Of a stretch of 64,000 nucleotides of DNA, positions 35,279 through 47,200 are shown one piece after another. This stretch comes from Longimicrobiales bacterium (GTDB taxonomy: Bacteria; Gemmatimonadota; Gemmatimonadetes; Longimicrobiales; Gaopeijiaceae): NCBI GenBank assembly GCA_965202985.1, contig CBDBCF010000002.1, positions 32,001 through 96,000 on the forward strand, read 5' to 3'. Below the pieces are notes generated by a model that saw nothing but the letters and a program-made list of their open reading frames with translations, had not been told where the DNA came from and did no database searches. How positions within the stretch are numbered: the stretch's first letter is position 1; every line of letters begins with the position of its first letter. The position numbers and the translations under genes are program-made.

Positions 35279-38200
35279 ATGATGAGCCCCCCCCCCCCCC
35301 CCTTGTTTTCGGCTCCCGCGATGTTGGTAGCGAGGGCCGCTCTCGCGGCTCTCGGCCTGCTGGCGGCGTCCGGGGGCGCGGCGCCGGCGTCGCTTAGTGC
35401 CCAGACGGCGCCGACGGTGACAGATGTACTTGTCGGCAGTAGCCCGCTGGGTGCCACCGGCACTTACGGGCGGCCGCAGCAGATTCGGGTTGGCGTGCAG
35501 TTCAGCGAGAACGTGGATGTGACGGGCACGCCGCAGCTGGCGCTGACGATCGGGAGCGCGACGAGGCAGGCGGACTACGTACTTGGCACGGGCACGCGCC
35601 TGCTGACGTTCGGGTATACGGTGGTAGCTGCGGACAGCGACACGGACGGCATCAGCATCGGCGCGAGCGCATTGACGCTGAACGGAGGGACGATCAAGAG
35701 GGCGGGCTCGACGACGAACGCGACTCTGTCGCTGGGGAGCCACGCCATCTCGAATGTTTCGAACCACAAGGTGAACGGCTCACTGATTGTGCCGATGGTG
35801 TCCCGCGTGCGGCTTATCAGCAACCCGGGTAACGATTCGACCTACGCCGCAGGCGACCCCATCACCGTTGAAGTTGCCTTCGACCAAAGCGTAAACATGC
35901 CGGATTTCGCGGGTCAAATGAAGGTGGACTACCGCATCGGCAACAACGTCCGGGAGGCGTCGTGGTACACCAAGGGCGGCAATGTGGTTTGGCTTCGTTA
36001 CCACACGACGCGGGACGATGTCGACGCGGACGGCATCAGCGTTCCGGGACCGCTCAAGAACTTTGGTCCTACAATCACTCGCTCGGGAGGCTCGGAAAGA
36101 GCCGAGCTGCGATTTTTCTCCCACGCAATCTCCAACGCCCGTGGCCACAAGGTGAACGGTCTCCAGGGCGTGCCGCACGTTACGGGGGTCGGGATTGCGA
36201 GCGACGCGGGCAACGACAGCACCTACGGTGTGGGCGACGCGATCGAGATCGGCGTTAGGTTCAGCGAGAACGTGGACGTGACGGATGCGCCGCAGCTGGC
36301 GCTGACGATCGGCGCGGCGACCAGGCAGGCGCGCTACCTGTCGGGCACGGGCGGCGATTCGCTGACGTTCGGCTATCAGGTGGTGGCGGCGGACGCGGAC
36401 ACGGTCGGGATCAGCATCGGGGCGAGCGCGCTGGCGCTGAACGGCGGGACGATCAACAAGGCCGGCTCGGCGGTGACGGCGTACCTGCCCTTGAGGACTC
36501 ACGTCGTGACCAACGCCGCCGCCCACAAGGTGGACGGCACGCAGGCGGGGCCGCCGTACGTCTCGGGCGTGGCGTTTGCGAGCAGCCCCGGTGGAGGCAT
36601 CTACGGGACGGGCGACACGATCGTGGTCGCGGTCGCGTTCAACGAGAACGTGGACGTGACGGGCACGCCGCAGCTGGCGCTGACGATCGGGAGCGCGACG
36701 AGGCAGGCGAACTACGCCTCGGGGACGGGGAATGATACGCTGACGTTCCGTTACGCGCCGGTGGCGGGCGACTTGGACGAGGACGGCATCAGCATCGGCG
36801 CGAACGCTTTGGCGCTGAACGGCGGCACGGTCCGGCGGTCGGGCGCGACGGTGAACGCGCGTCTGGGGTTGTCGCTCCATGCCGTAATCAACGAGGCCGC
36901 GCACAAGGTGGTGGTTGTGCAGGGCTTGGCGCACGTCGTGCGCACGTCGATCGCGAGCGACGCGGGCGCGGACAGCACGTACGAGGTGGGCGACACGATC
37001 GAGATCGCGCTCGTGTTCAATGAGAACGTGGACGTGACGGGGACGCCGCAGCTGGCGTTGGAGATCGGGAGCGCGACCAGGCGGGCGAACTACTTCGCGG
37101 GCACGGGCGGCGATTCGCTTGCGTTCCGCTACGTGACGGTGCTGGCGGACGTGGACAGCACCGGCGTCAGCTATTCGTGGGACGCATTGACGCTGAACGG
37201 CGGCACGATCAAGAGGGCGGGCGCGACGGCGGACGCGTACTTGGGGTTGCGAACCCACGTGGTGACGGACGACCCGACGCACAAGGTGCTTCCCACGAGC
37301 AACAAGGTGACGGGGTTGTCGGTCAACTCGGCGGGCGCGGACTCGATCTTCGCGAGAGGCGACACGGTGAAGGTGACGCTGGCTTTCAGGGAGACGACGG
37401 TCGTGACGGGCACGCCGCGGATGAGGATCTGGCTGGGCGCTGGTCACGGCTGGGCGACCTACCATTCGGGGTCGGGCACGAGCGAGTTGGAGTTCCGCTA
37501 CGTGGTGCAGTCGGGGATCGAGGACAAAAACGGCGTGGGGATACTGAGCGACGCCGTCGACCTGAACGCGGGTACGATCAGGGCCGCCAACGAGATCAAC
37601 GTGAATCCATGGATAGACGCGTCGCTGACGATAGTGGACGATCCCAGATGGAAGGTGGCGGGCTCGGCGCGAGTGACGAGCGTTTCGGTGGGGTCGCCGC
37701 CGACGGGCGACGTGTTCGAGCGCGGCGACACGATCGTGGTGACGATGGTCTACTCGGACTCGGTGGACGTGACGGGCGTTCCGACGGCGTGGCTGAAGCT
37801 CACGTCAGCTGCGTACAGGCCGGCGCTGTACGCGTCGGGCACGGGCACGGACACTCTGGAGTTCCGCTACGTGGTGGAGGCTGGGGACAACGACAACGAC
37901 GGCCTGAGCGTCTACGGCACCGCGATTCAGTTGACGGGTGGCTCGACGATCAGAGAGGCGGGCACCACCACGAGCGCGTTTCACGACACGCCCTGGCCCC
38001 ATGCGGGTCAGGACGCGATCGCGAACAGCGCGGGTCACAAGGTGGCGGGCGCGGCGCGGGTGGCGAGCGTTTCGGTGGGGTCGCCGCTTTTGGGCGACAC
38101 GTTCGAGCGTGGCGACACGATCAAGGTGACGCTGGTCTACACGGACTCGGTGGATGTGACGGGGGTTCCGACGGTGTGGGTGACGATCGGGTCGAATCCG

Positions 38201-41200
38201 TGGGCTGGGGCGACGTACGTGGCGGGGAGCGGGACGGATTCGTTGGAGTTCCACTACGTGGTGCAGGCGGCGGATACGGACGCCGACGGGATCAGCATGG
38301 TGGGCAACGCATTGCAGTGGACGGGGGGCTCGACGATCAGGGAGGCGGGCACGAGCACGAACACGTTCAGCAATACGCCCTGGCGAGGCCCGGGTTCAGG
38401 CGGGTACGCGATCACGAACAGCGCGGGCCACAAGGTTGCGGGTTCGCAGGTGACGGCGCCGACGGTGACCGGCGTGGCGATTTCCAGTAGTGCGGGCGCC
38501 GACAATGCATACGGCTACGGGGACACGATCGCGGCGACGGTGTCGTTCTTTCGGCCGGTGACGGCGACGGGGACGCCGCAACTGGCGCTGTCGATCGGCG
38601 ACTCGACGCGACAGGCGGACTATTCGAGCGGTACGGGGACGGGCGCGCTGGAGTTCCAGTACGTGGTGGTGGCGTCGGACGTGGACGCGGACGGGTTGAG
38701 CATTGGTGCGAGCGCTCTGGCCTTGAACGGGGGGACGATCGTCGACGTGCGGGACGGATCGACGGCGGCGAGTCTGGGGTTGGGGAGCCATGCGATCACG
38801 AACGCTTCGGCGCACAAGGTGCAGGGCAACGTGCCTGTCGTGACGAGCGCGTTTTTCATGTCGGCGGCGAACACCGGGCTGGCGTACGCGAGCACGGACA
38901 GCGTGTTCGGACTGGGCGACGAGATACGCGTGGGCGTCGGGTTCAGCACGGGCGTGACGGCGACGGGCACGCCGCGACTGGCTTTGGGGATCGGCGCGCA
39001 GACGCGGAGCGCTGCGCTGTGCGGCACGTCGGGCGGCGTCATCTTGGTGTTCTGCTACACGGTGGTTGCTGCGGACGCGGACGCGACGGGGATCAGCATC
39101 GGGGCGAACGCGCTGACGTTGCCGGGCGGCGCGACGATTCGAGCGACGGGGACGACGACGGACGCTCGGCTGTCGCTGGCGCCGTGGAACTTCGCGGACG
39201 CGGTGGCGTACCAAGTGGACGGGAGCAAGGAGGTGGCGCCGGGGGTGAGCGGCGTGGCGATATCGAGCGCGCCGGCGAGCGACAGCACGTACGGACGTAC
39301 GGAGGCGATCGAGGTCGAGGTCGAGTTTGAGCGGTCGGTGGCGGTGACGGGCACGCCGCAGCTGGCGTTGTCGATCGACACGCTGACGCGTCAGGCGGGG
39401 TACGCGAGCGGTTCGGGTACGCGGACGCTAGTGTTCCGCTACGTGGTGGCGGCTGTGGACGCGGACGCGAACGGCATCAGCATCGCAGCGAGCGCGCTGA
39501 CGCTGAACGGCGGGACGATCGTGCTCGCGGGCGGCACGACGGCGGCGACGTTGGGGCTGGGCACGAACGCGATAACGAACGCTGCTGCGCACAAGGTGAA
39601 CGGAAGCCTGGGACCGCCGGGCGTGACGGGACTGACGATCGGTTCGCCTGTGGTTGGCGACGTGTTCGAGCGTGGCGAGACGATCGAGGTCGAACTGGAG
39701 TTCAACCGCGCGGTGGACGTGACGGGCACGCCGCGGCTCGCACTGACGATCGGTTCAGCGACTAGGCAGGCGAGCTACGCGAGCGGTTCGGGGACGACGG
39801 GGCTGGTGTTCCGGTACGTGGTGGCGTCGGGCGACGCGGATGCGGACGGATTGAGCATCGGCGCGAGCGCATTGGCGCTGAGCGGCGGTACGATCCGTCT
39901 GGCTGGCGGGACGCTGGACGCGACTTTGGGGCTGGGCGTGGGCGTGGTGGTGACGAACAGCGGCGGCCACCAAGTGGCGGGCGGCACGTTCACGGTGCCG
40001 GCGGTGAGTGCGGTGGCGATATCGAGCGCTCCGGCGAGCGGTCAGACGTACCAGTTGGGCGAGTCGATCGAGGTGAAGGTGGCGTTCGGGCGGCCTGTGG
40101 CGGTGACGGGCACGCCGCGGCTGGCGCTGACGATTGGGACGGTCGCTCGTCAGGCGAGCTACGCATCGGCGACGAGCAAGGCGGACACGCTGGTGTTCGG
40201 GTACGCGGTTCGTCCTTCGGACGCGGACACGGACGGATTGAGCATCGCAGCGAGCGCGCTGACGCTGAGCGGCGGGACGATCGTCGACGTGCGTCCGGGC
40301 GCGGTTGCTGCTGCGCTGGACTTGGGTTCGAGCGCGGTGACGAACGACGCTTCGCACAAGGTGAACGGCGGGCTGGGTCCGCCGGGGGTGACGGGCCTGA
40401 CGGTGGCGTCGCCGCCGACGGGCACGACGTTCGAGCGCGGCGACACGGTGGTTGCGACGGTGCGGTTCAACAAGTCGGTGGACGTGACGGGCACGCCGCG
40501 GCTCGCACTGGGGATCGGTTCGCAGACGCGACAGGCTGCGTATGCGTCGGGGACGGGCACGGCGGCGCTGGTGTTCCGTTACGTGGTGGTGACGGCGGAC
40601 GTGGACGCGGACGGATTGAGCGTAGGCGCGAGCGCGTTGACGCTGAACGGCGGTACGATCGACGTTGCGGGCGGTACGACGGACGCCTTGTTGAGCTTGG
40701 AGCATCAAGCGTTCAGCGATTTTCTGGTGGTGAACGGCGGATTGTTCACGGCGTCGTCGGTGTCGGGGGTGTCGATCTCGAGCAGTCCGGCGAGCGACAG
40801 CACGTACGGTCGGACGGAGCAGATCGAGGTGGAGGTGACGTTCGACCGCAACGTGGCGGTGACGGGCGCGCCGCAGGTCGCGCTGACGATCGGTTCGCAG
40901 ACGCGCCAGGCCGCGTATGCGAGCGGGAGCGGTACGAAGACGCTGACGTTCTCCTACACGGTTGTGGCTGCGGACGCGGACGCGAACGGGATCAGCATCG
41001 GGACGAGCGCGTTGGCGCTGAACAGCGGGACGATCGTGGACGCTCGTGACGCGAACGAGGCTGCGGGGCTGGGCTTGGGTTCGAACGCGATAGCGAACGC
41101 TGCTGCGCACAAGGTGGACGGTGCGCAGGGACCGCCGGGTGTGATCGGCGTGGTCGTCGGGTCGCCGCCGGTGGGCGACACGTTCGAGCGGGGCGACGCG

Positions 41201-44200
41201 GTTGCGGCGACGGTGACGTTCAACCGCGCGGTGGCCGTGACGGGCACGCCGCAGCTGGCTTTGGGGATCGGGAGTCAGACGCGGCAGGCGAGCTATGCGA
41301 GCGGCAGCGGCACGGCGTCGTTGGTGTTCCAGTACACGGTGGTGCAGGCGGACGTGGACGCGGACGGGTTGAGCATCGGGACGAGCGCTTTGGCGTTGAA
41401 CAGCGGGACGATCCGTTTGTCGGGCGGGACGCTGGACGCGACGTTGGGGCTGGGGACGCACGCGATATCGAACAGCGGGAGCCACAAGGTGGCGGGCGGT
41501 ACGTTCACGGCGTCGTCGGTGAGCGGCGTGGCGATAACGAGCAGTCCGTCGAGCGGTGACACTTACGGTCTGGGCGAGGAGATCGAGGTCGAGGTGACGT
41601 TCGTGCGGCCGGTAGTGACGGGCGGCACGCCGCAGCTGGCGCTGACGGTGGGTGCTGCGACGCGACAGGCGGACTACGCGAGCGGGACGTTCACGAAGAC
41701 GCTGACGTTCGGGTACGAGGTGGCGGCGGGGGACGCGGACGCGAACGGCATCGGCATTGGCGCGAGCGCGTTGGCGTTGAACGGCGGCACGATCAACGAC
41801 GCTCGGGGCGGCACGACGGCGGCGGGCCTGGGGCTGGGCTCGAGCGCGATCGCGAACGCTGCTGCGCACAAGGTGGACGGCGCGCTCGGACCGCCGGGTG
41901 TGGCGGGTTTGTCGATCGGATCGCCGGAGGTGGGCGACACGTTCGAGCGCGGCGAGACGATCGAGGTCAAGGTGGCGTTCAACAAGTCGGTGGCGGTGAC
42001 GGGAACGCCGCGGCTGGCGCTGGGGATCGGGAGCGCGACGAAGCAGGCGAGCTACGCTGCGGGGACGGGGACGGACACGCTGGTGTTCCGGTACGTGGTG
42101 GTGACGGCGGACGTGGACGCGGACGGGTTGAGCATCGGCACGAGCGCGTTGGCTTTGAACGGTGGTACGGTCCGTCGGTCGGGCGGTACGACGGACGCGG
42201 TGCTGAGCCTGCGCGATCACTACGTCACCGACAGCGGGAACTACAAGGTTGCGGGCGGCACGTTCACGGCTGCTGCGGTGAGCGGTGTGACGATATCGAG
42301 CAGTCCGTCGAGCGACAGCACGTACGGACGTACGGAGGTGATCGAGGTCGAGGTTGGGTTCACGCGCCCGGTGACGGTGACGGGCGCGCCGCAGTTGGCG
42401 CTGACGATCGGTTCGCAGACGCGTCAGGCGTCGTACGCGAGCGGGACGGGGACGGCGACGCTGGCGTTCCGGTACACGGTGGTTGCGACGGACGCGGACT
42501 CGACGGGGATCGGCATCGCGGCGAGCGCGTTGGCGCTGAACGGCGGAACGATCGCCGACGCTCGGGGCGGCACGACGGCGGCGGGCCTGGGTCTGGGGAG
42601 CAACGCGATATCGAACGATGCGGCGCACAAGGTGGACGGCAGCCGCGGGCCGCCGGGGGTGACGTCGCTGTCGATCGGCTCTCCGACGGTGGGCGACGTG
42701 TTCGAGCGGGGCGAGACGATCGAGGTGTCGCTGGTGTTCAACCGGTCGGTGGATGTGACGGGTGTGCCGCGGTTGGCGCTGACGGTCGGGAGCGCGACTA
42801 GGCAGGCGAGCTACGCGAGCGGGAGCGGCACGGACACGCTGGTGTTCCGTTACGTGGTGGCGACGGGCGACGCGGACGCGGACGGGATCAGCATCGCGGC
42901 GAGCGCATTGGCGCTGAGCGGCGGTACGATCAAGGTCGCGGGCGGGACGCTGGATGCGACTTTGGGGCTGGGTTCGAGCGTGGTGACGAACAGCCCGGGC
43001 CACAAGGTTGCGGGCGGCACGTTCACGACGCCGGCTGTGAGCGCGGTGACGATATCGAGCGCTCCGGCGAGCGGTCAGACGTACCAGTTGGGCGAGTCGA
43101 TCGAGGTGAAGGTGGCGTTCGGACGACCGGTGGCGGTGACGGGCGCACCGCGGCTGGCGCTGACGATCGGGACGCAGACGCGGCAAGCGGGCTACGTGGC
43201 CGCTTCGAGCAAGGCGGACACGCTGGTGTTCGGGTACGCGATCCGTCCGGCGGATGCGGACACCGACGGCATCGGCATCGGTGCGAGCGCGCTGGCGCTG
43301 AACGGGGGCGCGATCGCCGACGTGCGTCCGGGCGCTGCTGCTGCTGCGCTTGGACTGGGCGTGCGTGCGATATCGAACGCTGCGTCGCACAAGGTGAACG
43401 GCAGCCTGGGGCCGCCGGGCGTGGTGGGGTTGGCGGTGGCAGCGCCGCCGGTGGGCAACACGTTCGAGCGAGGCGACACGATTGTGGCGACGGTGACGTT
43501 CAACAAGGCGGTGGACGCGACGGGCGCGCCGCAGCTGGCGTTGTCGATTGGCGCACAGCAGGTGGGAGCCTACGCGAGCGCGGCGACGGGCACGACGTCG
43601 TTGGAGTTCCGGTACGTGGTGATTTCGGGCGACGCGGACACGGACGGGTTGAGCATCCGCGCGAATGCGCTGACGCTGAACGGCGGTACGATCGACGTGG
43701 CGAGCGGTACGACGGACGCGTTGTTGAGCTTGGAGCATCATGCGATCAGCAACGCGAGCGGGCGCCGGGTCGCTGGCGGGACGTTCACGGCGGCGTCGGT
43801 GAGCGCGGTGTCGATCACGAGCAGTCCGGCGGGCGGCGGCACGTACGGATTGAGCGAGGAGATCGGCGTCGATGTGACGTTCAACCGGAACGTGGCGGTG
43901 ACGGGGTCGCCGGAGCTGGCGCTGACGATCGGTTCGCGGACGCGACAGGCGTCGTACGTGGCGACGACGGGTGGCCGGGTGCTGTCGTTCGCGTACACGG
44001 TGGTTGCTGGCGACGCGGACGGGAACGGGATCGGCATCGGCGCGAGCGCGTTGTCGCTGAACGGCGGGACGGTCGCAGACGCGCGCGACGCGAACGAGGC
44101 TGCGAGCCTGGGGTTGGGCGGCCACGCGGTCTCGAACAGCGGCGGCCACCGGGTGGACGGTGCTCAGGGCCCGCCGGGCGTGAGCGCGGTGTCGATCGCG

Positions 44201-47200
44201 TCGCCACCGGTCGGCGACACGTTCGAGCGCGGCGACACGGTGGTTGCGACGGTTGTGTTCAACAAGGCGGTGGACGTGACGGGCACGCCGCAGCTGGCAT
44301 TGGGGATCGGCAGCACGACGAAGCAGGCGAGCTACGCGAGCGGCACGGGTACGGCGTCGTTGGTGTTCCGTTACGTGGTGGTGACGGCGGACGCGGACGC
44401 GGACGGGATCAGCATTGGCGCGAGCGCGTTGGCGCTGAACGGCGGGACGATCGACGTGGCGGGCGGCACGGTGGACGCGGTTCTGGGGCTGGGTGCCCAC
44501 GCGATATCGAACAGCGCGGGCCACAAGGTCGCGGGCGGTACGTTCACGGCGGCGTCGGTGTCGGGGGTGTCGCTGACGAGTTCGCCTGCGGTGGCGACGA
44601 CGTACGGCCGGGACGAGCGGATTGAGGTGCAGGTGACGTTCAACCGTCGGGTGACGGTGACGGGCACGCCGCAGGTGGCGCTGACGGTGGGCGCGCAGAC
44701 GCGGCAAGCGGACTACGCGAGCGGGACGGGCACGCGGGCGCTGACGTTCCGCTACACGGTGGTGCAGGCGGACGCGGACACCGACGGGATCGAGGTCGGC
44801 GCGAGCGCGTTGGCGCTGAACAGCGGCGCGATCGCGGATGCCCGCGACGGCACGACGGCTGCGGCGCTGGGGCTGGGCAGCCATGCGTTGAGCGCCGCAT
44901 CGGGCCACAAGGTGGACGGCACGCTGGCGGGCGCGACGGTGAGCGGCGTAGCGGTGTCGAGCGCGCCGGAGAGCGGCGACACGTACGGGCTGGGCGAACG
45001 GATCGAGGTCGAGGTGACGTTCGACCGTGCGGTGACGGTGACGGGGTCGCCGCGTCTGGCGCTGACGGTTGGCGCGGTTGCGCGTCAGGCGAGCTATGCG
45101 AGCGGCAGCGGCACGGCGACGTTGTCGTTCGCGTACCGGGTGCAGGGCGCGGGCAGCGGCGGCAGCGGTACGGGCGGCGTGGACGCGGACGCGGACGGCA
45201 TCGGCGTTGCGGCTGCTGCGCTGACGCTGAACGGCGGTACGATCGTGAACACGGCGGACGGCGTTCGTCCGGCGACGCTGGCGTTGGGCGCCCATGTGAT
45301 CGCGGCTGCGGCTGCCGACAAGGTGGACGGCACGGTCGAGGTCGCGCCGGTGGTGGTGGGCGTGGCGGTGACGAGCGTTCCAGTGGCGACGGGACTGTAC
45401 GGCGCGGGCGGCGTGATCCGTGTCGAGGTGACGTTCAGCCGGCCGGTCGACGTGGCGGGCGCGTCGTCGTCGCCGGCGCTGGCGGCGTCGATGACGGCCG
45501 CGAACACGGCTGCGGCGCGGTTGGCGATCGACGTGGGCGGCACGACGCGCCATGCGCGCTACGTGTCGGGCTCGGGCACGACGGTGTTGGTGTTCGAGTA
45601 CGTGGTCCGACCGGCGGACCGGGACCCGGACGGGATCAGCATCCCGGCGGACGCGCTGGCGGAGGCTGCGGGCGCGCTGCGGATCGCGGGCGGCCAGGCT
45701 GCTGCGGTTCTGGACCTGGGCGCGCACGCGGTGACGGACTTGACGGACCACGCGGTGAACGGCGCGGGCAGCCTGGACCCGGTGTTCGGTCGGTTGGAGT
45801 ACGAGTTCGAGTTGGCGGAGAACGTTGCGGGCCCGCTGCCGGTGGGCGAGGTGGTCGCGGCGAGTCCGTTGGACGCCGAGGTGCGGTACGGGTTGGAGAG
45901 CGGCGGCGAGGGGCTGTTCGAGGTGGACGTGTCGAGCGGCGTGGTGACTTACGTTGGCGGAGGCGAGGACGCGGAGCAGCGTTCGGAGTACGTGATGCTG
46001 GTGGTGGCGGTGACGGACGGCGTGGGCGAGGACGAGCAGTTGGAGACGACGGCGAAGGTGACGGTGAAGGTGATGAACGAGAACGACGAGGCGCCGTCGT
46101 TCGTCGAGGACCGTTGGGTGTTCGAGCTGGCGGAGGACGTTGCGGGTCCCTTGGTGCTGGGCGTGTTGGAGGCCGTTGACTTGGACGAGGGCGACACGCT
46201 GACTTACGCGCTGGTGGCGGGTGACGCCGAGCGGTTCGAGCTGGACGGGCAGACGGGCGAGTTGAGGTACGTGGGCGCAGGCGAGGACTACGAGGCCGGC
46301 GCGGGGCCGTGGGTGTTGGAGGCGACGGCGACGGACTTGGTGGGCCGTACGGCGCAGGCGACGGCGACGGTGGTGGTTGCGGACGTGAACGAGGCGCCGG
46401 CGTTCTCGGACTCGGCGTATGCGTTCGAGTTGGCGGAGAACGCTGCGGGACCGCTGGTGCTGGGCGTCGTGCGGGCGACGGACCCGGACCGCGACGATCC
46501 GCCGACGTACAGCTTGTCGGTGGGCGATGCCGAGCGGTTCGAGGTGGACGCTGTTACGGGCGAGTTGCGGTACGTGGGCGAAGGCGAGGACGCGGAGACG
46601 GGCCCGGAGAGCTGGGCGCTCGAGGTCCGTGCGACGGACCGCGGCGGCATCGCGGCGTCTGCGCGGGTGGTGGTGGCGTTGCTGGACCGCAACGAGGCGC
46701 CGGTGTTCGCTGCGGAGCGCTACGAGTGGGAGTTCGAGGAGAACGTCGCGGGACCGTTGGTTCTGGGCGCGGTCGAGGCTGCGGACCCGGACCGAGCGGA
46801 CACGCTCGTGTACAGCCTGTCGGGCGAAGGCGCGGCGCTCTTCGAGGTGGACGCCGGCACGGGCGAGGTGCGGTACGCGGGCGCGGGCGAGGACTACGAG
46901 GCGGGCCCGGCGTCCTGGGAGTTCGAGGTGGTGGCGACCGACGGCGAGGGGCTGGCGGCGCGCGCGGTTGCGACGGTCGCGCTGGTGGATGTGAACGAGG
47001 CGCCGGCGTTCGCGGACTCGGCATACGCTTTCGAGCTGGCGGAGAACGTTGCCGGCCCGCTGACGCTGGGCGCGGTCGAAGCGACGGACCCGGACCGGGG
47101 CGACGCGCCGGCGTACAGCTTGGCCGAAGGCGATGCCGCACGGTTCGAGGTGGACGCTCGGACGGGCGAGGTGCGGTACGTGGGCGCCGGCGAGGACTAC

